Shown here piece by piece: positions 11,668 to 21,241 of a DNA stretch of 64,000 nucleotides; positions within the stretch are counted from its first letter, which is position 1, and each line of letters opens with the position of its first letter. The stretch is from assembly GCA_035534055.1 (NCBI GenBank), contig DATLST010000022.1, forward strand, positions 12,557-76,556, in the 5' to 3' direction. This DNA is from Candidatus Acidiferrales bacterium. Its GTDB lineage: Bacteria > Acidobacteriota > Terriglobia > Acidiferrales > UBA7541. A model generated the notes under the pieces. That model was not told the DNA's origin, did no database searches, and saw only the letters and a list, made by a program, of their open reading frames with translations. A program made the position numbers and the translations under genes.

Positions 11668-12471
11668 GTGAAGATCGTGCCCATCACCTCAACTGCTCCA
11701 CCATGGAGTTTTCCACCGGCGCCGTTGATATTGGGCAGTAACGAGGTACATGTCTGGAGGGCTTCTCTGAACGAGCCTCCACCGCAGATAGATAGCTTCC
11801 TGCATACCCTTGGCGCAGATGAGCGAACGAGGGCTGAGCGGTTCCACTTTCAAAGAGACCGCGAGCACTTTATCATCGCGCACGGAATACTCAGGGCTAT
11901 CCTCGGCCTCTACCTGAACAGAGCTCCGGAATCCCTTTCCTTCTGCTACAGTTCTCACGGAAAGCCCGCCGTGGCGAGCGAATCTGGCGGGAATGTGCTC
12001 CGCTTTAATATGTCCCACTCTCACGGTGTGGCGCTTTATGCAATTACTCGTGGTCGCGAGGTCGGTATCGATGTCGAATTTATCCGCTGCGACCTGGAAG
12101 CAGAGCAGATCGCCGAGCGATTTTTCTCGCGACGTGAGATCGCGACGCTGCGGGCGCTTCCGCTCAAACTTCGAAAATACGCATTCTTTCTCTGTTGGAC
12201 CCGTAAGGAAGCCTACATCAAGGCTAGGGGCGAAGGACTTTCACGACCTTTGGACCAGTTCGAGGTGTCGCTGATTCCCGGAGAACCTGCAGCGTTGTTG
12301 AGCACCCAGCCAGATCCGGGCGAAGCCCTTCTCTGGTCCCTACAAGATTTGACCCTCGGCTGTGGCTATGTGGCTGCTCTTGCAGCTCAAGGACGAGGCT
12401 GGACGCTTTCCCGTTGGCAGTGGCCGCACTCCGAGATTAAGCGTTGCGTTAATCACGCTGCGGTTAGCTAA
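11668..12471 (+). CDS. Sfp-type 4'-phosphopantetheinyl transferase
   Basis: GTG start. Motifs FNMSHSHGVALYAI, GIDVE, WTRKEAYIKARGEG. Confidence 0.9.
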   Translation: MKIVPITSTAPPWSFPPAPLILGSNEVHVWRASLNEPPPQIDSFLHTLGADERTRAERFHFQRDREHFIIAHGILRAILGLYLNRAPESLSFCYSSHGKPAVASESGGNVLRFNMSHSHGVALYAITRGREVGIDVEFIRCDLEAEQIAERFFSRREIATLRALPLKLRKYAFFLCWTRKEAYIKARGEGLSRPLDQFEVSLIPGEPAALLSTQPDPGEALLWSLQDLTLGCGYVAALAAQGRGWTLSRWQWPHSEIKRCVNHAAVS

Positions 12472-12626
12472 ACAGCCTCTTTGCATCGCCGGCCTCAAGG
12501 GCATAGGATCAGATCACCTCGTCCGAGAGTTCGCTTCCATCTCCATACTCTACTCTGCCCGAGGAAGAGCTGCTGCCAGCACGTGATAGGCGCGCCTGGA
12601 GGTGTTCGCACCTAAGAAGGCTTTAG

Positions 12627-13592
12627 ATGCATGAAGACGTGAAGCTAGCGAGTTGTTATTGGTTCTATTCAGAGGCCGCTAAGTTCCGACTCAGGACTTC
12701 ATCGTTACGAAGGTGGATTCTGGCTCCTTCGTTGACCGTACTTGTAGCACTTTTAGTTCTATGCCCTGCCTATGGGACGGAGACCGCGCTGGCGCCGGGC
12801 ACGGAGTCGAGTGCCGGTGACGCAACAGATACCTGGCTTGTTAAGCGCGGCTTGATTGGCCGCGGGATGATTAGCGAACAATCCGGCAGTGAGGTAATGA
12901 CGCCGCCGCTCGGCATCGAGGTAGACGAAACGCTGCAAACAGCAAACCGTACCGGCGAGATCCTTAGCCGGGTCAAGGCGTGGAACGAGATGGTTGCAGA
13001 CGACAGGGTGCATATCGAAATTACCACCCTATCGACTCATCAATTCGAAGTCGCCTTCTGGCTGTTTCCTAATCATCGTCAGGGCTGCACGATGTATCAA
13101 TGGACGCTTTACGATCATGGTCGCGCACTGCAGAGCGCGTTCTGGCGCAACGACGCGACTGTCATGAGGCTGGCAGGGGCCGCAGACCTGCCACATGCGT
13201 TGTATCCGGACTCGGTTCCGTGGGTGGCGTTTCTACGTGTGCTCGACGCACCGCGCGACGGCGCCGAAGGTAAGCTTTACCAGCAGATCACACCTTACAG
13301 CTATGTCGGTCAGGAGGTCGTGGCCAAGGACACCGAGCAGATCACCGTGCCGGCCGGAACCTTCTCTGCTCTCAAGGTGACCGCACAAGTTGACATCGCG
13401 ACAGTAATGCCTAACTGGCCGCACTTCATCCTGGACGTTATCAAGCCGGTAGTTCCCAAAAACACACTCTATTTTGAGGCAACGCCGCCCTACAGACTGC
13501 TCAGACAGAAAGGCACCACGTTTGTCGGCGGCCCTGAGGTCACCACGGAACTCATCCGCTTCTACATCGCAGGGGCGCACAGCCGGGAATAG
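12627..13592 (+). CDS. Secreted protein of unknown function
   Basis: 321-aa ORF with a hydrophobic N-terminal segment (RRWILAPSLTVLVALLVLCPAYG). No family recognised by eye. Last gene of the + strand block, convergent with the ABC exporter. Confidence 0.4.
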   Translation: MHEDVKLASCYWFYSEAAKFRLRTSSLRRWILAPSLTVLVALLVLCPAYGTETALAPGTESSAGDATDTWLVKRGLIGRGMISEQSGSEVMTPPLGIEVDETLQTANRTGEILSRVKAWNEMVADDRVHIEITTLSTHQFEVAFWLFPNHRQGCTMYQWTLYDHGRALQSAFWRNDATVMRLAGAADLPHALYPDSVPWVAFLRVLDAPRDGAEGKLYQQITPYSYVGQEVVAKDTEQITVPAGTFSALKVTAQVDIATVMPNWPHFILDVIKPVVPKNTLYFEATPPYRLLRQKGTTFVGGPEVTTELIRFYIAGAHSRE

Positions 13593-13676
13593 CTGGACCG
13601 GCCGTGGCCGGCATCTACCCGCCTGCAGCCGCTGTGCAGAAGGGAGCATCGGTTTCCAAATGACAACTATCCGTAG

Positions 13677-14408
13677 TCAGACGGAGTCCTCTTCCGCTGT
13701 CACAGCCGTCCCTTGCCTGCCGCGCGCTTCGTCGCTTGCTATCTGACCGTCCCGCAAACGGATTAAACGGTGAGCCCGTTCCATGACTTGTGGATCATGG
13801 GTGGAAAAGATGAAGGTTGTCCCGGTAGCACGATTCAGACGTTCCATCACATCGAGCAGGGAGATAGCAGTGGCAGAATCCAGATTCGCCGTGGGCTCAT
13901 CCGCCAGAATGAGCGCAGGCTCTGTAACCATAGCGCGAGCCACGGCTACCCGTTGTTGCTGCCCGCCGGACAACTCCGTTGGACGACGATCTTCAAGGCC
14001 GGCGAGGCCGATTTCCGAAAAGAGCTTTTCCACCCTTTCCCTGCGTTTGTGCGCCGGCATCCCCTGAAGAAGTAAGGTAAACTCAGCGTTTTCCAAAGCG
14101 GTAAGGACAGGCAGCAGGTTGTAGGTTTGGAACACAAAACCGATGCGCCGCAAACGTAGCTGCGCTAACTCGCCTGAAGATAAGCGCTGAAGGTTTTGCC
14201 CTGCCACCCATATCTCGCCCGCGTCTGCCCGGTCGAGTCCACCGATGATGTTGAGCAGAGTGGTTTTGCCGGACCCTGAGGGACCGGCAGTAGCCGCGAA
14301 ATCCCCAGCAGCTATCCGCAGAAAGACGTTACGCAGAGCCGGAACCTCGATTGGTCCGGTGCGATAGGTCTTGCTTACGCCCTTCAGTTCCACCGCCCAT
14401 TCGGCCAT
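13677..14408 (-). CDS. ABC transporter ATP-binding protein (MacB/LolD-like)
   Basis: Walker A GPSGSGKTTLLNIIGGL, signature LSGGQQQRVAVARA, Walker B LILADEPT. Confidence 0.95.
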   Translation of the reverse strand: MAEWAVELKGVSKTYRTGPIEVPALRNVFLRIAAGDFAATAGPSGSGKTTLLNIIGGLDRADAGEIWVAGQNLQRLSSGELAQLRLRRIGFVFQTYNLLPVLTALENAEFTLLLQGMPAHKRRERVEKLFSEIGLAGLEDRRPTELSGGQQQRVAVARAMVTEPALILADEPTANLDSATAISLLDVMERLNRATGTTFIFSTHDPQVMERAHRLIRLRDGQIASDEARGRQGTAVTAEEDSV

Positions 14409-14421
14409 ATCGCCCTCTGTT

Positions 14422-15714
14422 CTAAAGCACCTTCAATGCGTCCGGTAGCTCAGTTCGCGCTGCCTTGACTGCCGGATAAAAGGAAATGACTGTCGCCATC
14501 ATAAATACAATGCTAACAGACCAAGCAATTCGACTCAGGCTTAAACGCGAGTAAAGAATCGGATCAAAAACAAGCGCGGGTGGAAGACCCGCCTTGAATA
14601 TCCAGCGCAGATCCAAACCCGAGGTAGCGAAATAATGTTCTACGCTTAAACCCAACGCTAGCCCCAAAGCCAGGCTTATTGCCGTGAGGGCCAGAGATTC
14701 GCCTACGATCATCACTGCAAGCTGCCGAGGCTTAAGACCAAGAGCTTTACAAACGCCGAATTCATAACGGCGCTCAAGTACCCTCATGAGAATGGTGTTG
14801 AGAATTCCTAACCCAACCATGGCCAGCACTACACCGTTCATGATGTAGTTAAAGGCGTGATCCAGGACGAGAATTTGGGCAAGCATCGGGATCGATTCGC
14901 GCCAGGTCAGGACTTCCACCGGCTCGCCCGTCAACTGCTTACGCAAAGCCCTTGCTACCATCGATGAGTCACCTTCCTGTTGAAGCAGGATGGCTACCTG
15001 GGTCACCTGGCCGACGGGCACTCCCAGCAGGGCTTGAGCCGCGGGCAAGGGGAGCTGAATAATATTAGCGTCGACCGCTTGCAGCCCGGTGCGGAAGATA
15101 CCACGCACCCGCAAAAGAGTGCTTTCCATCGCTTCCCCGGCGCCATGTTTGCTTTCATTGCTGGGCTGTCGCAGCGCTTGAGTCATGAGAACTGCTCTGG
15201 AACCTATCTTGACCTCAAGCTTGCGAGCCAAATCGGCACCAATGACAACGCCAGAAGGCTGGTCATTACTTAAATACGTTCCTTCAACTATCCGCTCTGG
15301 GATTAGCGATACCGCGGGCTCGTCCTGCGGGATCACGCCCGTGATTCTCACGCCGGAAGAATTGGCCGAGGTACTAAGCAGCCCGGTGGCTAGAAGCCTC
15401 GGACTAACCCCGCGCACCAGCTGTTTCATTTCCGGAGTTTGCAAAAACGCTTCGACCCTGGATACGACTTGGGCCGTAAGCAGCAGTTCGTCAGAGTTCG
15501 ACTCTTGATACCCCTTTGCCTCTACCACTACATGTCCCGGGCCAAACCGTACACCGTCGGCAATCGTCTGCTCGTGGCCGCCATCGAGTAGACCCAGAGA
15601 GATCAGCAACAGCGCCAGACCCAAACCCAGCGCCAGTGCGGTCAGCAGGGTACCTCGGGGATTGCGCCAGAGATTGCGCCAGCTGATTTTCACCAGTAGC
15701 AGAACGCTTGTCAC
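14422..15714 (-). CDS. ABC transporter permease, FtsX/MacB-type
   Basis: 430 aa. N-terminal TM, large periplasmic loop, then a C-terminal three-TM FtsX-like bundle (VLDHAFNYIMNGVVLAMVGLGILNTILMRVLERRYEFGVCKALGL). Confidence 0.85.
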   Translation of the reverse strand: MTSVLLLVKISWRNLWRNPRGTLLTALALGLGLALLLISLGLLDGGHEQTIADGVRFGPGHVVVEAKGYQESNSDELLLTAQVVSRVEAFLQTPEMKQLVRGVSPRLLATGLLSTSANSSGVRITGVIPQDEPAVSLIPERIVEGTYLSNDQPSGVVIGADLARKLEVKIGSRAVLMTQALRQPSNESKHGAGEAMESTLLRVRGIFRTGLQAVDANIIQLPLPAAQALLGVPVGQVTQVAILLQQEGDSSMVARALRKQLTGEPVEVLTWRESIPMLAQILVLDHAFNYIMNGVVLAMVGLGILNTILMRVLERRYEFGVCKALGLKPRQLAVMIVGESLALTAISLALGLALGLSVEHYFATSGLDLRWIFKAGLPPALVFDPILYSRLSLSRIAWSVSIVFMMATVISFYPAVKAARTELPDALKVL

Positions 15715-15717
15715 TGT

Positions 15718-16980
15718 TTAGACCTTACGAATTGCTTCTGTCGGCCGAAAATGAGCGGCTCGCCAGGCAGGATAGAGCGCGGACACTAGAGCCGTAACGG
15801 CCAGTCCGAGAGCCGCCTCACCATAGGCGGGAAAGTCCTGGCGTCCGTACCAGAGGTGACCCACCACCACGCCTGCTAAAGAGATTACCCCGCCGGTAGC
15901 GCCGCCCAAGTCCAGACCGTGCTCCTGCAAATACCAGAGGACCGGAATGCCAAGCACCCCTCCTACGATCAGGCTTGCAACTGCCAACCCGGCAGCCTCT
16001 GTCAGGATCAGAACAACCACCTGGACTGGGCGCATTCCCAGCGCCATCAGCATGCCCAGTTCACGCGTACGCTCAAACACCGCCATGAGCATGGTGTTCA
16101 TGACGCCAATCACCGCCAACAAGAAGAAAATGAAGAAAAGAACAAAGGTGATGCCGTGATTAAATTGCACGTAATTGGCGAGTTCCGGCGCTAGCTCAGG
16201 CCATGCCATTGTCCGCACAGGAAGAGTTTTACTCAGTTGGACTTCGAGTGCCGCTGCCACAGTAGTAGCTGCCGTTATGTTATTCAGCTTGATACCAACC
16301 TCATGGACCCTTGCCGGCGCCAGATGCAGAAGGTCCTGCAGAGCGGGCAAAGACATGAGAACCAAGCCCCGGTCCACGGAATCAAGGCCGCTGTGAAAAA
16401 TCCCTACGACCGTGTACACGTCATTGCCGATTGACCCGTCGGCTGCCTGCGTGAGCAGAACGATTTCTGAACCCACTCTGATGCCAATCGTGCTGGCGAG
16501 TTTGTCTCCTATGTCCACGCCCTTTGGCACCCGCGGTGTCAAATAGCTGCCTTTTGTTATCTGACTATTCAGAATCGTAACCTTAGGTTCCTGGTCGGGA
16601 AGCACTCCCATTAGCTCTACGCCCGCAGAGCGATGGGCCGCACTTAGCAAGCCATATCCGTAAACTCTGGGCGCCGCGGCAAAAACTCCGTGATCAGCAG
16701 TGATGGAGGCGAGCAGCGCACTGACCTCTGTCCCTTGCCTCCCACCCAGGGTCTTTTGAATGGAACGGCTGGGATAGTATCCGGGCGCATGCACCTGGAT
16801 CTGTGACATGACCAGGCAAGTGCCGTTCTCGATCATCTGCCATCTCAAACCTGCCATAAGGCACGCAACAAACAGCAGCATGACATAGCCAAAAGCAATG
16901 GCGGCCATTGTGATGAAAGTACGCCGAGGGTTGCGCCACAGGTTGCGCCACGCAAGCTTTAGAAGCCGTCCATTCATCAA
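15718..16980 (-). CDS. ABC transporter permease, FtsX/MacB-type (paralogue)
   Basis: 420 aa with the same architecture (VIGVMNTMLMAVFERTRELGMLMALGM). Separated by 4 nt from the downstream permease. Confidence 0.85.
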   Translation of the reverse strand: MMNGRLLKLAWRNLWRNPRRTFITMAAIAFGYVMLLFVACLMAGLRWQMIENGTCLVMSQIQVHAPGYYPSRSIQKTLGGRQGTEVSALLASITADHGVFAAAPRVYGYGLLSAAHRSAGVELMGVLPDQEPKVTILNSQITKGSYLTPRVPKGVDIGDKLASTIGIRVGSEIVLLTQAADGSIGNDVYTVVGIFHSGLDSVDRGLVLMSLPALQDLLHLAPARVHEVGIKLNNITAATTVAAALEVQLSKTLPVRTMAWPELAPELANYVQFNHGITFVLFFIFFLLAVIGVMNTMLMAVFERTRELGMLMALGMRPVQVVVLILTEAAGLAVASLIVGGVLGIPVLWYLQEHGLDLGGATGGVISLAGVVVGHLWYGRQDFPAYGEAALGLAVTALVSALYPAWRAAHFRPTEAIRKV

Positions 16981-17744
16981 TTCAGGCCGGGCAGCGAAAA
17001 GGTTCCCTGACTGATCGGTACATCGAACGCGATATCTCCGTACTCGATAGTCGTCTGCGCGCCAGACTTGTTTGCTGGCCGCATGACCAGGCGCGTTGGA
17101 ATCACCCTGCCGCTCACGGTCTTGTACTCAGAAAAGGTAAGCTCGCGTACCAGCTTCCCGTCCTCGTCATAAAAACCCTGCCAAGTGGGCACCGCATCGG
17201 CGTGGCGAATCTGCAAGATAATCTTTCCCCACACCACAGCCGCTTCAGGTTTTGGCGTTAAAGTGTATTCATCTACCGCGACTCCGCCGCGCTTTCCTTC
17301 GAAAGAGGTGGTAATGGAGTAATCGCGCGTGAGGAAAGTCTCTTTCACGAGATCATCGATAGTGAAGTCGCTTCCCATCCACGAGGTCATTGCCATCGAA
17401 GGAGGAACCTTAACCGTGCGATTCGACTTTGGTAGATAATACCAGATGTCGCTGCCTACCTTTAGAATGGCAGTGCCTGCTTCATCTTGAGGACTGGTGA
17501 TGCGGATAAGCGTCTTGTCTCCGAGCGACCAGATCTTCATCGAGATATCGCGTTGCCCGTCTTCATTAATAATTTGCATTTTGAGCGTCGCGATGCTGGA
17601 TTTGCTGCTGAAAAGGCGAGCCACCCTTTCCACGGCCTCCCGCCCCCGTTGATCGTTTGCAGCATGAGACATGGGCGCAAAATTCAGCAACGCCAGCGCC
17701 AGCAATATGGCCGCGGTTCTTTTTTGCCAACGCGTAAAAATCAT
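16977..17744 (-). CDS. LolA-like outer-membrane lipoprotein-sorting family protein
   Basis: 255 aa with signal peptide (AAILLALALLNFAPMSHA). Sequence resembles the LolA-like 'outer membrane lipoprotein-sorting protein' family commonly encoded next to FtsX-type exporters. 4-nt overlaps on both sides. Confidence 0.7.
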   Translation of the reverse strand: MIFTRWQKRTAAILLALALLNFAPMSHAANDQRGREAVERVARLFSSKSSIATLKMQIINEDGQRDISMKIWSLGDKTLIRITSPQDEAGTAILKVGSDIWYYLPKSNRTVKVPPSMAMTSWMGSDFTIDDLVKETFLTRDYSITTSFEGKRGGVAVDEYTLTPKPEAAVVWGKIILQIRHADAVPTWQGFYDEDGKLVRELTFSEYKTVSGRVIPTRLVMRPANKSGAQTTIEYGDIAFDVPISQGTFSLPGLN

Positions 17745-18703
17745 AGCTGCCCAACCCTGTGTTCGATTGCAAATTCGCTCTTGACTTCGACTGCTTCTTC
17801 CGCAAGTGGCGCTCCCATCGCTAGTCCCATCGGTATCCGGACCAGGAGGTTAAAGGCGGTTACCGCCAAAGACAGCGCGAAGAGATCGTCCTTACTGGCA
17901 AACCGGGCAAAGGCAAGGGTGACGACCAACTGAGTCGTCCCAATTCCTCCCGGTGAGATTGGCGAATTGCCGATCGCCACCATGAAGGGCGTCAATGCCA
18001 GGGTCTGTACCAGTGGGACCTGGATATGAAAGCTAACGAACTGCCCGTAGAGCGCAAAGCCCGCTGCCAGGACGATTAGAAACCTGATCGCGAAAAGCGT
18101 GATGTATTGCGACGGCCGGGCCATGCGGAAACTCGCCATCGAAGGCCGGTCGTAGAGCCATCTGAGCCAATTACCGACCGGAAGCCGCGACCCCCATAAA
18201 AGCCAGAACGAAGCGATGAGGCAGCCAACGCCAAGCACGCCTGCCAGATAATTGAGACCAAGGCGAATCGGCGACGTCGGCACGAAAGCGATCGCAAGGA
18301 GCGACAACGTCGCCAGCAGCATTGCGTCGACATAGCCTTGGAACATCAGGGTGCAGCCGCCCATTATCCAGGGTGCGTGCTTGCGGGCATGCAGAAAAAG
18401 CACAAATGCGCCGCTTGCGACATAGGAGTTCACCATTTGGAGAAAGTAGACCGCGGCCATGGTCGGGAGCAGTTCGAGCATTCCCGTCGGAGCGTGAAAA
18501 AAACTGAACAAGCAGGAATACAAGACCGTTTCGCCGATAAACCAGCATAAAAAGCCGCCCAGACTGGCGGTGACAAAAATCCAGAGCGTGGCGTGGCTGC
18601 CGGCGCCGACCACCTGCCTCCACGAGACTCCACGTGCCACGTAGCAAACGATTGCCACCGCTATCGCATAGGCCATGAGGTTTCGGACGATGGTCTTGCG
18701 CAC
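17741..18703 (-). CDS. Flippase-like polytopic membrane protein (lysyl-PG synthase TM-region / UPF0104-like)
   Basis: 320 aa with about 8 predicted TM helices. The segment AIGNSPISPGGIGTTQLV resembles the conserved P-x-GG-x-G loop of that family. Confidence 0.55.
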   Translation of the reverse strand: MRKTIVRNLMAYAIAVAIVCYVARGVSWRQVVGAGSHATLWIFVTASLGGFLCWFIGETVLYSCLFSFFHAPTGMLELLPTMAAVYFLQMVNSYVASGAFVLFLHARKHAPWIMGGCTLMFQGYVDAMLLATLSLLAIAFVPTSPIRLGLNYLAGVLGVGCLIASFWLLWGSRLPVGNWLRWLYDRPSMASFRMARPSQYITLFAIRFLIVLAAGFALYGQFVSFHIQVPLVQTLALTPFMVAIGNSPISPGGIGTTQLVVTLAFARFASKDDLFALSLAVTAFNLLVRIPMGLAMGAPLAEEAVEVKSEFAIEHRVGQL

Positions 18704-18986
18704 CGGGCTCTCTCACTCAGATCCGATAGTGTACTCGCGGCGACCGCGCGATTCCACTTGTTTTCCTAGCTGTCGGGCAATCGGTTGCGAGAATAGTGTC
18801 GAGCTTTTGCAAGTTATCAATTCTCACCGCTGAGATTACGCGCGCCAAACGCCCAGCCCCTGAAATCATCCAGGTTGTTTGGTCCCTCACGCTGCAGTGA
18901 CCATGAATGACTTGCGAACTCTCGTCCGAGCGACTAACGCTGTCCACGAACGCGCAGTTGTCCTCTGCCCTGGAAAGACCTTCAGA

Positions 18987-20867
18987 CTATGACTGTCGGG
19001 GCGGCGCGCCCGACGAGTTCGCGACCGCCTTCTGCGATACGACCTCCTTTGGACCATGCCCGCGAAGGTGCTGCCGCTTAAATCCACCGGTTCGGGCCGC
19101 TCCTCGCCACAGCGCATACCGCCTGACTACGCGGCGCACGTCACTTCGGCTTTCACAAATCTGCGAAGCACCCGCCTTGAGGAGTTCCGGGCCCTCAGCC
19201 AAGGCGCCTCGTCCGCCACAGATGATCCTGAGGTCAGGCGAATCCAACCTGAGGTCACGCACCAATTCCGCCGCCGCCGGCGCGCAGTCGCTCATCGTGC
19301 ACGAAAGAAAGACCAGGTCCGGAACGTAAAGCTTAACAAACTCCCGGATTTCTGACAGCGATTTGCTTTCATCCAAAAAGTTCGCGGCGACGCCACCGCG
19401 GCGCAGCAGTTCAAGCAACAACTGCAGACCGAACCTATGAACCTCGCCGGGCACGCATACCCCCAATATCCGAAGTCTGGAGGCCGTTCTGGGTTTGCTG
19501 AGTCTGTCGCCCAGCTCCTTGACGAGAGCCACCGTTGTATCGTTGATCAAGCGCTGATTTTCTTGGCTGATGTGACCTTCGAGACGTTCGTCGCCCGCCA
19601 GGCACACGGCTGGAATAAGCACGTTGTCGAAGGTCGGTTCCAGGCCGTGTTTATCGCAATAGCGGGTCGCTATATTGCGAGCGCCTGACACGTCGAGCTC
19701 TAGCAGGCTCCGATAATAATCGTCGAAGTCTTCCAGTGCGCCGTCTGCGCCGAGCAACACCGTAAGAAATCCCAGCGCGGGAATGTAATCACCCGCAACT
19801 TTCAGACACGCGGTCAAGGAGGTAGCTAACAACAATCCCGGTAGCCCCCACAGCCAGAACCAGAACATTGCCGAGACCAGCAATGCCAGTGGAGATAAAC
19901 CGATTCCATGACCAATCAGGAAAGGCTCAACAAAATAACTCACGGCCTGGTCGACAATAATAAAACATCCCAACACCTCCAACGATCTGCTCCATCCCGA
20001 AAATACGGCAAATGCCACGAACGTCGGTAACAACGCCGCGACCGCGACGCCGATATAGGGAATGAACCGGAGTACGGCCGCAAACACACCCCACAGTGCC
20101 GGGTGTGGCAAGCCGAGCAGCCACATGGCTACCCCGATGGCTAGTCCGTATCCGATGTTGGTCAAGGAAAATAGCAACAGATAATGACCGACCGCATCAG
20201 TAGCGCTCGCAAGCCCCTGTGCGGAAAGTGTAATGCGGACGCGTGCAGCAAGGCGCACCAAACGATCGCGCAAATCTTTTCGCCCGTACAGCAGAAAAAA
20301 GAACAAGACGATAATAAATAAGGATCTGATCAAGCCCGAAAGTATTGGCAACGTCGGGCTTATAACGCGTGTGAAACCAGGCTCAGCGGAAGGGGCCTCG
20401 ACAACCGTAGAACGAGTCGAACGCCTTGGCCGGCGAACCGGCTTTTGTAGCCGTTGCTCAACGTTTTTGACGCCATCTTCGATGCGCTGTAGCCAATCCG
20501 GCGTGCTTCCCCTGAGCGCGGTGATTTTGGCCGCTATATTGTCAGTGTAATCGGTGATCTGAACCGCCACCGAAGTTAGCTGGCTAGCGAGGAAATAGGT
20601 GAGTCCCGCAATAACCACTATCGACGTCACCACCACCACGGCTGAGGCCGCCAAACGTCCCACGAACCGCTCCAAGCGGCTGGCAATCGGGCTAAAGGTC
20701 ACGGCCAGCAGGGACGCCACGGCGAGGGGGATCAATATATTCTTGGCAAAATAAAGAACGACCGTCGTTACAATCACCGCCAGGATCGGTTGCGCCGCAC
20801 TGCCTGAGTCGGGGCCGTCGTACCGATCGGGGTCGATAGAGGAGGGGGGTGTCGAAAGTGTTTCCAA
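18987..20867 (-). CDS. AI-2E family (PerM-like) permease fused to a C-terminal cobalamin-binding domain
   Basis: The N-terminal ~380 aa look like AI-2E transporters (LRFIPYIGVAVAALLPTF..., FVEPFLIGHGIGLSPLALLVSAMFWFWLWGLPGLLLA). The C-terminal ~230 aa carry ExHxxG (GEVHRFG), then SCT 42 residues after that G, then GG after a further 26 residues. This is essentially the DxHxxG-x41-SxL-x26-28-GG spacing. Confidence 0.7.
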   Translation of the reverse strand: METLSTPPSSIDPDRYDGPDSGSAAQPILAVIVTTVVLYFAKNILIPLAVASLLAVTFSPIASRLERFVGRLAASAVVVVTSIVVIAGLTYFLASQLTSVAVQITDYTDNIAAKITALRGSTPDWLQRIEDGVKNVEQRLQKPVRRPRRSTRSTVVEAPSAEPGFTRVISPTLPILSGLIRSLFIIVLFFFLLYGRKDLRDRLVRLAARVRITLSAQGLASATDAVGHYLLLFSLTNIGYGLAIGVAMWLLGLPHPALWGVFAAVLRFIPYIGVAVAALLPTFVAFAVFSGWSRSLEVLGCFIIVDQAVSYFVEPFLIGHGIGLSPLALLVSAMFWFWLWGLPGLLLATSLTACLKVAGDYIPALGFLTVLLGADGALEDFDDYYRSLLELDVSGARNIATRYCDKHGLEPTFDNVLIPAVCLAGDERLEGHISQENQRLINDTTVALVKELGDRLSKPRTASRLRILGVCVPGEVHRFGLQLLLELLRRGGVAANFLDESKSLSEIREFVKLYVPDLVFLSCTMSDCAPAAAELVRDLRLDSPDLRIICGGRGALAEGPELLKAGASQICESRSDVRRVVRRYALWRGAARTGGFKRQHLRGHGPKEVVSQKAVANSSGAPPRQS

Positions 20868-20949
20868 GCCAATGAGTGAAAAGGTCTTACGTACTGACCT
20901 CAGTTTGGGATGTCGAGTTTGGCGTTACTCAGGAGTCGCGTCCGATCGT

Positions 20950-21147
20950 TCATCGGAGCCTGGGAATGTGAACCCCGTTGATGGGGCCAATTAGACCAAA
21001 CAACTGCAATAGCCATATCAATACGACTACGAATACGATGATATTGAGCAGGGCCTTCATCCCGCCTGCCATAGGAATATAGGTATTGATGAGCCACAGG
21101 ATCAGGCCGACTACGACCAGGACCACGACGATGCCTACAAGGGTCAT
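20950..21147 (-). CDS. Small two-TM membrane protein (Thivi_2564-like)
   Basis: 65 aa, MTLVGIVVVLVVVGLILWLINTYIPMAGGMKALLNIIVFVVVLIWLLQLFG. GGAGG Shine-Dalgarno just upstream. Confidence 0.7.
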   Translation of the reverse strand: MTLVGIVVVLVVVGLILWLINTYIPMAGGMKALLNIIVFVVVLIWLLQLFGLIGPINGVHIPRLR

Positions 21148-21241
21148 CGGTAAGCCTCCATAAGGTTAGGGCTAACAGAAGCCGCTATCTGTGAGCGCTC
21201 GAGAGCAAAAGTCCTCGCAGCGCGTAAAATAATCCGGATGA

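Noticed and set aside
20868-20949. Possible cobalamin riboswitch in front of the B12-domain permease.
   Set aside because: Only about 80 bp separate it from the upstream gene. That is too short for a cobalamin riboswitch, and I could not see a B12-box-like sequence. The gene is probably co-transcribed with its neighbours.
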